Assembly: GCA_038087875.1 (NCBI GenBank)
Contig: CM075988.1
Span: 1,488,001 to 1,552,000, forward strand
Direction of reading: 5' to 3'
Length of the DNA: 64,000 nucleotides
Source: Malacoraja senta
Taxonomy: Eukaryota
Shown here in pieces: positions 24,201 to 34,484 of the stretch. Each line of letters starts with the position of its first letter. Position 1 is the stretch's first letter. The notes beneath the pieces are model-generated. The model ran no database searches and was not told the DNA's origin. It saw nothing but the letters and a program-made list of their open reading frames with translations. Both the position numbers and the translations under genes were made by a program.

Positions 24201-27200
24201 TTAAATGCATCCAAGCCCATACCAGGGAAGACGAAACACTACAGACCAAAATGGATGGCCAGATCACAAAGCAGAAGTCCCAGAGGCAGCACAACCGTAC
24301 TTCGATGTCAGAGACAAGTTGAGTGTGCAAGATGGCCAAGTATTCAGAGGAGAGTGAGTTGTAATCCCTATCACTCTACGCAAAGATATGAAGGAGACAC
24401 TCCACACCTCTCACCAAGGAGTAGAAGGAACCCTCAGATGTGCTAGAGAGTGCATTTTCTGGCCCGGAATGAACTCCGATGTGAAGCAGTTCATTTCAAA
24501 CTGTGAAGCCTGCAGGAACGTACGAACAACAGAATCGGAAAGAAACTCTGATGCCCCATGACATCCCAGATCGCCCGTGGGAAAAAGTGGGAACCGATAT
24601 GTTTGAACTTGAGGGAAAGCATTATTTAATGACAGTTGACTATCTAATTTCTTGGAAATAGACAGACTGTATTGTAGATCAGTGCATGTTCCTTTTTGAT
24701 CAGCTCCCTCAGGGGAGCACTCAGTTCGCTGAGGTCAGGTACGAACTTCCCCAGGTAATTGACCAGGCCCAGGAAGCGCTGCAGGCCGGGAACGTCAGTA
24801 GGAGCGGGCATCTCGGTGACTGCTGATGTTTTCTGGGGGTCAGGCTTTAAACCCCCTGCCGTGAAAACGTGACCAACGTAAGTGACTTCCGGGACCCGGA
24901 ACCGACACTTCTTGGGGTTGAGCTTGAGATTGATTTACGAGCCCTGTCCAGGACTTTGCGGAGGTGCAGGTCGTGCTCAGCGACGTCCCTCCCGTACACC
25001 AGGGATGTCATCCACGATGATAGCGCACGGCAACCCAGCGAACAGCTGTTCCATGGTGCGCTGGAAAACCTCACTAGCCGAGTTGATCCCAAACGGCATA
25101 CGGAGGAAACGGAACCTGCCGAAAGGTGTGATGAAGGTGGTCAGGAATGAGGAACGTTCATCTAAAGGGATCTGCCAGAATGAGCTTTTGGCGTCTAAGA
25201 CAGAGAAGACAGTGGCAGGACCGACCTGTGCAGCGACGTCCTCCACCGTCCGCATGGGGTAGTGCGGGCGCTTGATGGCCAGGTTCAGGTCCTTTGGATT
25301 AATGCAGATCCGGATCTCGCTCTTATCCTTCTTGGCAGCGACAACCATGTTTGAGACCCACCTGGTGGGAGCGCTCACCTCCTTGAGGATGCCCATGGTC
25401 ACCATATCACGCAGAGTAGATTCCACGCGGCCCTTCATAGCGAAGGAGACGCGGTGGGCCGGTCGAACCACCGGGTCGACACTCGGGTCGACAACGATTT
25501 TATAGTCACAGGGCAATTTGCCCAAAATGTCATCAACACCTTCACCATTGAGACTGACCACCAGCCACTGGTCACTATTCTGAATAAGCCTATCCATGTC
25601 GCCTCTTCCCGGTTGCAGCGGATGATGCTGCAGCTCCAGCGTTTCACGTTCCGGATTGTGTACCGCAAGGGCAAAGATATGTTTGTGGCCGACACATTGT
25701 CCCGTGCGCCGCTCCCTTCAGTTGCCCGCCACCCGTACGAATCCTCTGACCTGATGGTACTGAATGTTAACATTGTTCCATCCCAGCAGATGCAGTCCCT
25801 GGTCAAACACACTGCTGATGATCCTGCCCTGCAAGAACTTGCGGACGTTATCCGCCGTGGTTGGCCTGACCGACGCTCTTCCCTGCCGGCTGGTGCCCTC
25901 CCCTACTTCCTGGTTCGTGATGAACTAGTGCTACATGACGGCGTGGTGGTGAAGGGTCACAGGGTCGTGGTGCCGGCCGCTCTGCGGGATCACTATTTTC
26001 AAACTGCACACAATGGCCACCCCGGGGTGGAGGCCACTTTGTCCCAGGCCCAGAGCCAATTCTACTGGCCAGGCATGGCTCAGGACATCCGTGACAGGGT
26101 CTCCGTTTGCGCTGCCTGTAACAGTCTCGTGCCTCATCAGCAGCGCCAGCCCCTCCTGCAGCAGCCGGCCCCCGAGCTACCGTGGATGTATATTGCCATG
26201 GACCTTTTCGAATGGCGTGGCAAGCATTTCCTGGTCCTGGTGGACTCATACTCCAGTTGGTTTGAGGTGGATCAGCTGCCTTCCATCACCTCTGCCGCCG
26301 TCATCGGGAAGCTTCGCCAACACTTTTGCACCCATGGACCCCCGGTGACCCTCCAATCGGACAACGGCAGCCAGTTCTCCAGCGCCGAGTTCCGTGCCTT
26401 TGCTGCCCGTTGGAACTTTCGTCACATCACCAGCAGCCCTGAGTATCCGCAGAGCAACGGCCTTGCGGAACGCGCCGTCCGCAGTGCCAAGGAGCTGCTG
26501 GAACACTGCCGCCTTTCACATTCCGACTTCTACCTTGCCCTCCTCAACCTCCGCAACATTTCCCGCGACCCCGCGCTCGGTTCACCTGCCCAACGCCTCA
26601 TGTCCCACACCACTAGACCACCTCTCCCTGTCTCGCAACAGTCCCTCAAACCCTCAGTCCAGAACCCTGCTGCTGTCACAGAGCGCATCATCGAGAAGAA
26701 AGCCATCCAGAAGCGCTCCTTTGACAAGTCGGCCCGGCCGCTTCCTTGCCTGTTCCTGGGTCAGGTGGTTCGGATGCAGTCCCCCTCCGGGCACTAAAGG
26801 CTGGCCGTAGTGGTTGGTAATGCCGGCTCTCCCCGGTCATACCTCGTCGACTATAAGGGCGCTGTCTACCGTCGGTCACGCCAGCACCTCCTGCTCGTCA
26901 ACGAGCCTCCTCCGCCTCCCGCGGACCCGTTTCAGCCACCTATCCCTTCCATTCTGCCCGAGGCTCCGCCAGCCCCTGTCACTCCTCGCATGTCGCGGAA
27001 ACTGCCCTCCCAGCTCTCTATGCCCCACGCTCACAAGCCTCTTTCCCCTGCCTTGCCTGCCAGCGTGCCCGTTTAGCCTCGCTGTACTCCTCCGTCTCCA
27101 GTTCGTTCCCCGCGCGGCTTTCCCACCTCTTTCCCTGACTCTGTCCCTTCTGCTCCTGCGGTTGAGGGGGAATGCGGGTTGCGCACCCGCTATGGCCGGT

Positions 27201-27625
27201 TGGTCAAGCCGCCTGTCCGTTACGGGGAGCTCGCTTAGCTGTGTTATGACACGATTAACTGTTCCCAGCGCGGTTTGTAATCCTAGCGTATGAGCCGTGG
27301 TCGCTCTGTGTATTGCCATGTTTTTGTTTCCAAGAGGAGGGATGTAGATCAGTGCATGTTCCTTTAACTTAGTGACCTCACCACTACTAACCACTCCCCA
27401 TTGTCTCTCCTATAATTGTAAGGTTCCCACCTCCAGCCCTCTCTCTAGCTCCAGTGATGACCACGGACAGCTATTGCATGGTGTGTGTTAGTGATTTAAT
27501 AAACCATCAGTAAAAGACTCTGTGTAGGAACCAAGTCATTTTACATGTATGACCTGAGCAGCAGGACAATCATTGTGAAACTCAAGAACCACTTTGCAAG
27601 ATACGGAATTCCCAGCACCGTGGTA
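21272..27625 (+). mobile_element. Gypsy LTR retrotransposon (5' LTR, PBS, gag-pol), 3'-truncated, host of a nested element
   Basis: LTR TG...CA 21272-21475, then PBS TGGTGGCAGCGGTG (complement of a tRNA-Leu 3' end). gag 21672..22388, RT TPFGRYRWKRLPFGL, RNase H CDASTAGLG. Integrase reads EIDRLY|DLSSRTIIVKLKNHFARYGIP across the insertion. Confidence 0.93.
24673..27545 (+). mobile_element. Nested Gypsy element with internal inversion and deletions
   Basis: TSD TGTAT at 24668-72 and 27546-50. 3' LTR 27343-27545 after PPT AAGAGGAGGGA. The first 23 nt of the LTR recur at 24673-95. RT on minus strand ~24696-25534; integrase ORF 25454..26797 on plus (HHCC, DLF/SDNG/AE). Confidence 0.92.
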
Positions 27626-27629
27626 ATAT

Positions 27630-28750
27630 ATTTTTATTGGAAGCAATTGAACAAAAAAAAGTAACTTGACAATTCTACGACTCTATCACAGCTTCAATTT
27701 TAACATTTTACAAACAGAATATTAAATTGAGAAGAGAAGAAAGAGAAAAAAGAAAAGGTGAGAGAGGAGGAGATATGTCCATCAACCCACCCATGTGTCC
27801 GCTCACCCAGCCCTACAGTCAGTTTTGAGTTTGTGTTCAACCATTGTATTGCTCAAAAAATTCAATAAAAGGAGACCATATTTTTTTTAATTGTTCTGGT
27901 TTGTCAATCAAGATAAACCTAATTCTTTCTAGATGTAGTGTAATCCACATTTCCGTAATCCACATCTTCATTGAGGGGACTGTTGTCTTTTTCCAAAATG
28001 TAAGTATGTTTTTTTGCTGATATTAGACCGTAATCAAGGAAGCATCTTTGCGAGACCGTAAAGTTGCTACATGCCTCTGATATTCCCAGTTTTATCACTT
28101 TTGGGTCTAGTGGAGTTTTCAGTGTTTTAGAGGTGACGCTGAATATTTCCGTCCATAAACTTTCTATTTTTTTGCACAAAACTGTGGGTTAAGGTGGCTT
28201 CTTGAGATCGACATTTATCACAAAAAGGGAAAACAGTGGGGAAAATCTTGCTCAATTTGGTCTTTGAGTAATATAGCCTATGCAGCACTTTAAACCGTAT
28301 CAGGCAGTGTCTGGCATTTGGAGAGCAATAATGTATATATTGTCGGCTTTTGTACCATAAATCCTTGGAGATGCGTTGACCCATCTCATCTTCCCATGAA
28401 CGCCTATAAATCTCAGATGATGGAGTGTCGATGTTCTGGAGGGCGTTGTAAATGTGGGATATCAACTTCTCTGTATCTGCATTTCTATTCAAACACTCAT
28501 CGAGTTTGTCTGGAGCTGCAGAGGAGCAGTCTTGTCTATATGTTCTCACGTAGTCCCTAACTTGGAGGTATCTAAAAAAGTTATTTGTATTCGTATTCAG
28601 ATCGTATTCATATTCAGATCGTATTTCTCCTGCAATTCTTGAAAGGAGGAGAGAGTCCCACTGTCTTGATTCCCTGATTCTTCGATTGAACAAAAACACC
28701 ATCTAGAGGGTTTATAAGAGGGATTATTTGCAATGGGAAGAAGGAGAGAC
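27630..28750 (-). mobile_element. L1/Tx1-clade LINE 3' fragment
   Basis: FFRYLQVRDY, FKVLHRLYYS, CDKC...TLTHSF (zf-RVT-like). A-rich tail on the minus strand near 27630. Confidence 0.85.
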
Positions 28751-28762
28751 ATGTCTCTCAAT

Positions 28763-29612
28763 TAGATAGATAGATAGATAGATATTTATTTGTTGTTGTT
28801 TGAACCTAAGTTCAAACGAAATTCTGTTTCTGCAGTCATACAAACAATTAAAAAAGACACAACACAATTTACACAAACATCCATCACAGTGAGTCTCCTC
28901 CTCACTGTGATGGAAGGCAAAGTCTTATCTCTCCCCTGCACTCCATTCTCCTCCCGATGTCAGAGTCAAAGCCCCCGGCGGGCGACTGTAAACATATCCC
29001 GCGGCCACCAAAGCCGCGCCGGGCGATGCCAGACCCCGCTCCGGGTCTTGATGTTGTAGCCCCCAGTAGCGCCAGCAAGTCTCACGGCCACCAATGCCGC
29101 ACCGGGCGATGCCAGACCCCGCTCCAGGTCATCTTCAACCCCGCAACTCGGGCGGGAGTAGTTGCCGTTGCGGGAGCCCCGAAAAGCGGTCTCCCACCAT
29201 GGACCCGCGGGCTCCCGATGTCACCGTCCACCAGTCCCGCGGCTGAAGCCTCCGAATCTCCGGGGTCGCGTCGCAGCCGCGCGCCACCACAGCCCCACCC
29301 GCTCCGAAGTCGGCCAGCTCCACGATGGTGAGTAGTCCGCAGGCTCCGCGACTGGAGCCCCAGGTCGTTCCGGTTGGAGGCCGCTCCATGGTGCTAGGTC
29401 CCAACGACAACGGAGACCCGACAGAGAAAGGTCGGTTCTCCCATGCAGGGAAAAGATTTTAAAAGTTTCCCCCTCCCTACCCCCCGCCCCGCGCCCCCCA
29501 CACATACCCCGTTAAAAAAACACTAAAAACAAAACTCAAACGAAACAAAACAAAAAACAAAAAAAAGACAGATGGACTGCAGAGGCCGCTGCAACCAAGT
29601 CGCGCCGCCCAC
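28763..29612 (-). mobile_element. GC-rich non-autonomous repeat, copy B
   Basis: Same head/T-run/G-run layout as copy A. Perfect 14-bp hairpin at 28880-28914. (TCTA)n tail. Confidence 0.65.
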
Positions 29613-29696
29613 TTCTACTTTCCCTTTCCCCTGACTCCAGTGGAAGTGGTGGAGGCAGGAGAAATTTGAGACTGGACCAGCTGTTTCCAAACGCGA

Positions 29697-30165
29697 ACAT
29701 ATAACCATATAACCATAACAGCACGGAAACAGGCCATCTCGGCTCTTCAAGTCCGTGCCGAACATTTTTTAAATTTTTTTTAAAATTAAAAATAAATACT
29801 TCCCCCTAGTCCCATCTACCTCCATTCCTTTCCCGTCCATATACCCATCCAATCTATTTTTAAAGGATAACATCGAACCAGCCTCCACCACTTCCACTGG
29901 AAGCTCATTCCACACAGCTACCACTCTCTGAGTAAAGAAGTTCCCCCTAATGTTCCCCCTAAACTTCTGTCCCTTAATTCTCAAGTCATGTCCCCTTGTT
30001 TGAATCTTCCCTACTCTCAATGGGAAAAGCTTATCCACGTCCACTCTATCTAACCCGCTCATAATTTTAAAGACCTATCAAGTCCCCTCTTAACCTTCTG
30101 CACTCCAAAGAATAAAGACCTAACTTGTTCAACATTTCTCTGTAACTTAGTTGCTGAAACCCAGA
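29697..30165 (-). mobile_element. CR1 3' end
   Basis: ORF 29769..30062 is nearly identical to the 13671..13985 peptide (DKLFPLRVGKIQTRGH). Confidence 0.9.
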
Positions 30166-30202
30166 ACAGTACTATGTATTATCGGATTATGCTCTTACGT
30201 TG

Positions 30203-30578
30203 ATTTTCATTGGCACAACTTTTGTCCTCATGTTGATAAACAGCAATAAAAGTTTCCAAAGGTAATGGAAAGACTGGAGGAAAGACTAGGTGCTGAGAGC
30301 TCTCTTATACCTGCATTAAACACACCTGAGCAATTACAAACACTCATGAAGCCATCTGTCCCAAACATTATGGTGCCCTGTAATGGGGGGACTTTGTATA
30401 AACACAGCTGTAATTTCTACATGGTGAAACCAAAATGTATAAAAATGGCCTTTATTAAAATCTGACACTATGCACTTTCACCACATGTGATATTTTCAAT
30501 TACAAATCTCAAATTGTGGAGTACAGAGGCAAATAAATAAATGATGGGTCTTTGTCCCGAACATTATGGAGGGCACTG
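30203..30578 (-). mobile_element. Second Tc1 terminal fragment (TIR and leader only)
   Basis: Colinear with ~920-1267. Ends TGTCCCGAACATTATGGAGGGCACTG, inner repeat at ~30357. Confidence 0.88.
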
Positions 30579-30974
30579 TGTGTGACTTCATCAAAAGCCA
30601 TTAGAAAAAAGTGGTTAGTTTTCATTGCTGCTTTGTTTATGCATTATGCTTAGCTTCCCCATCTTTGTTCTTCAGCACCCAACAGGCTCTGCGTAATAAA
30701 TAAGGTCTGAAATACTTTATCTTCCGTATCTGCATTAAAGGAGCCTCGATCCTTTCAAATCTTGCTGAATCAGACTGACTTCCTCCTAACTTAAAATACA
30801 AGAAAATGGTGGGAAATCTGTCAAAGAAAATTCAATCTGAAATGTTAATCTTGTTTATATTTCTCTCGATAGTGATTGTTTGCAGCATTTTGTATTCTTT
30901 TTCAGATTTTAACATCTGCGATTTTTTTTTATTGAACTCCACCTCACCTTAATTTCGATGATATGTATGGATAG

Positions 30975-31700
30975 CTGGTGGCGCTGTCAGCGATGGCAGC
31001 CTCATAGAAACATAGAAAATAGGTGCAGGAGGAGGCCATTCGGCCCTTTAACCAGCACCGCCATTCATTGTGATCATGGCTGATCGTCCCCAATCAGTAA
31101 CCCGTGCCTGCCTTCTCCCCATATCCCTTGATTCCACTAGCCCCTAACTCACCAACAGTCTGTCTGTCTTTTCGTCTTTTTTGTTATTTTTAGTTTTAAA
31201 AGTTTGTGTTCATTTTTTCTGGTTTGTTTTATGTTGGGGGAGGTGGTCGGGGGAAACATTTTTCAATCCCTTACCTTGCCGGAGATGCGATTGTTTTCCG
31301 ACTTGTATCTCCTGTCGCTCTGCGGCCTAACATCATGGAGCTGGCGGCCTCCCTCGAGACTGACTTTGAGCCCCACCGCGGGGCCGTGGACTTACTATCG
31401 GAGCCAGCGATCCCTTGCCTGGGATCGATGCTCCAACTGCGGCCTGCGGATTTCAACATCGAGGAGCTCGCAGTCTCAGGTAGAGACTGATGTCGGGAAG
31501 CTCCAAAGTCGCAGGAGGTTCGACCAGCCCCGATCCTTGGTCAGAACGCCCAGCGCGGGGAAGCTGAGATGCCCCCCCATGCGGAAGCTTGATCACCCCA
31601 ACGTGGAGGACTCGACTGCTGGCTGCGGGAGCAAGATCGCCCCGACAATGGAAGGTTGAGTGCACCGACCGCGGGAGAACAAAGAAGGGAAGAAGATTTG
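30975..31700 (+). mobile_element. GC-rich non-autonomous repeat, copy C, with CR1 tail inserted at ~31005-31147
   Basis: Head GTGGCGCTGTC..ATGGCAGCCTC[insert]ACCAACAG, T-run, TTACCTTGCCGGAGATGCG, TTCAACATCGAGGAGC. Confidence 0.65.
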
Positions 31701-31709
31701 TATTGTAGT

Positions 31710-33460
31710 CGAGTGGTGGCACCATCAAGTGTGGCAGCCTCGCCAGCAGCTATCTGTCCTTTCACCCTTTTTGTTATCTTTAGTCTATTAAAGGTATGTC
31801 TTTGGAGGTCTTTTAAATTAGATCGTCAAATAGGCGCGGTAATTAAGTCCAGCTTCTTTCATTTAAGGCAGCTGGCAAAGGTGAAGCCCATTCTTGAACG
31901 ACAGCATTTTGAAACAGTAATCCATGCCTTCATCACGTCTCGGCTGGTTTACTGTAACGCACTATATTTTGGAGTTAGCCAATCATCCCTTGCACGTCTC
32001 CAGTTGGTTCAGAATGCTGCTGCTCGCCTTTTAACTGGAACACGTAAGAGGGAGCCTATTCTGGCCTCCCTCCCTCCACTGGCTGCCTGTGTACTTTAGA
32101 GTTCATTTTAAGATTCTTTTATTTGTTTTTAAATCTTTAAATGGTCTCGCCCCGCCTTACCTCTCTGAGCTGCTTCATCCCTAAGCTCCTGCTCGGTGCC
32201 TCAGGTCAGCTGATCAGCTGCTCCTGGAGGTACTGAGGTCTAAGCGGAAGCTCAGAGGGGATAGAGCCTTCTCTGTTGCTGCTCCGACATTATGGAACAC
32301 TCTACCTTTGCACATTAGACAGGCCCCTTCACTGTCCATTTTCAAAACTAGTCTTAAAACCCTTTTCTATTCCTTGGCTTTTGACCCTGCATGAGACTTT
32401 GCTCCTGTTTTAGTGTTTCTATTGTTTTTTTATTGTTTTTACTGTCTTTTAATGTTTTGTTGTTTTGTTTTATGTTTATGATTAGTCATGTACAGCACTT
32501 TGTTGCAACAGTGGTTGTTTTTAAAGTGCTCTATAAATACAGTTCAGTTCAGTCTTTTAGTCTTTTATGTGGGGGGAAGGGAAGGGGGAAACCGTTTCCC
32601 AGTCACTACCTGGTCGAGGTTGCGTCTTTACTCCGATCCGCCTCTTCATCCCCCTCGCAGCCTACCATCTGGATTGACGCGGCCTTTCCTGCCGGAGACC
32701 AGCCAGAGCTTCAGTAGCGGCGCAGCACTGAATTCCATTGCGGAGCGGGCAATGCCTTACCGTGGATCGCTGTGTTGGAGCTCCAGAGGGCCTGCCGACT
32801 TTAACACCTTGGAGCTGTGGTCTGCGGAGCTTCCAACCGCGGGCGGCGCTGACTTTAACATCGCGGAGGCCTGGGATCTTTCGCCGAGGATCGCCAGCGT
32901 TGGAGCTCCGCCCAGCTCGGCCTGTGGACTTCGGAAGATGTGGCCGATTCGCAACTCCAAGCCGCTGAGAATGTTCTTCCATTCCTACGTCGGAGTTCCA
33001 TCATCCCGGCGGGAGGGCCTGAAACATAGGGCCGCCATTGCGGCGACTGCAGAGGGCTCAAAGAGGCCCCGACCACGGATGAATAAGAGGAAGATGTCTG
33101 AACTTTATTGCCTTCCTTCACAGTGGGAAACGTTGATTCCGCTGTGGGGGATGTTCATGTTAAATTCTATTGTGTGTTCATTTTATTTTATTTGTGAGCT
33201 GCATGGTAACTCAAATTTCACTGCACCAATTGGTGTATGTGACAATAAATGTAACTTGAACTTGAGATTGAACTTTTTTGCCTTCCATCACAGTGAGGAA
33301 TGTGGGGGAGTCGCTGTGGTGGATGTTCATGTTAAAAATTTATTTGGGTGTCTTGTTGCTCTTTATTGGTATGATGACTGTATGGCCAATCAAATTCCTC
33401 GTATGTTGCAAAACATACTTGGCTAATAAAGTACTATTATGATTATGATTATAATTATGA
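31710..33460 (+). mobile_element. GC-rich non-autonomous repeat, copy D, with nested L2 and two tandem 3' ends
   Basis: Head similar to the reverse complement of copy A. Hairpin/tail units at ~33110-33268 and ~33278-33460. Confidence 0.65.
31816..32551 (+). mobile_element. L2 LINE 3' fragment with 8-bp TSD
   Basis: FFHLRQLAKVKP...HAFITSRLVYCNAL...LQLVQNAAARLL. GTCTTTTA at 31808-15 and 32552-59. (AGTTC)n tail. Confidence 0.9.
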
Positions 33461-33740
33461 TAGCTGTGTATCAGAAACTCTTTTTGTCTCCAAGGATTTG
33501 GTGTGAATCCATAGAAACATATACAGTTGTTTATATTTCATCATATTGGACATGGATTACTTTGTTCTGATCAGTGCACAATATGTTTTGCAATTGAGGG
33601 CAATCTTCAAAACTGATCTTCAGTTATTGCCGGGAATGATATTTCATATTTTCAGATGACTGAATTATTTTTTTTAAATGGTGAAAAGAATAAATCATGC
33701 TCCTTACTTGCTCTGACAATGTTTTTTTTTAAATATCCAG

Positions 33741-33848
33741 GTAACAGTTCTTCTACCTGCCAACCAGAATGTCCCTGGTGCTAATTTGGCCGTCCTTGGC
33801 AGTGTGACTGAGACCCAGCAGCCAATACCAGTGGAAAACGATTCTCAG
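33741..33848 (+). CDS. PRDM10: Probable PRDM10 coding exon C (108 nt, phase 0/0)
   Basis: T-rich tract plus atccag acceptor, donor CAG|gtaaat. Open frame VTVLLPANQNVPGANLAVLGSVTETQQPIPVENDSQ in unique sequence between exons B and D. Confidence 0.75.
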
Positions 33849-34484
33849 GTAAATAAACCTTCACTTCAGCACGTTCAATAATTGTCAGACATAATGCCAA
33901 CTACATTACCGACATCTGGAGGGCCCGTTCCATGTGCAGTAGTACCCGCTGCGAAGAGTGCAGCAGAATAAGTAGTTAAGGTATTATCTAGAGTACTGTA
34001 TTAGATTGAGATATGTGCAACAGGAATAACTGTTCCACTGGGAGTGAAGATAAGCAAGGTGCTGGTGGAGGGAGATTTATCATGCGAGAGAGCAGGAAGT
34101 AGAGCCGGAAAATGATGAGACCAAGAATAATCAAATAGTGTCAGGAAGGGACAGATTGTACAAACAGATGGTCAAGTAGGGTTCAAGCATGGAGAAGATG
34201 CCCATAACCCAAATGGTTCTCTCGCACAAAATAAAACTACTTGGATGTTGAATGAAAGTCAAAGATAAAATAAAGGTTCGATCTAAATGTACAAAACATT
34301 CCTAAAAAGGTGGATAAAAAAATCAGCACAAATAGGTGTAATTAAACACAATGCGATTACAATGTAAATTCCTGGATGATGCACGAGATCGTTTATGGAC
34401 TATTAGGTGAGCAGTGAACTTGGGGAGAAAAAATGAAGTATGTGACAGGAACTAATGATGAGGCTGTCGTGAATATAAATAGTG

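Noticed and set aside
32488..33426. 312-aa ORF
   Set aside because: It spans an L2 tail and the GC-rich repeat, has no recognisable domain, and no equivalent peptide appears in the other copies.
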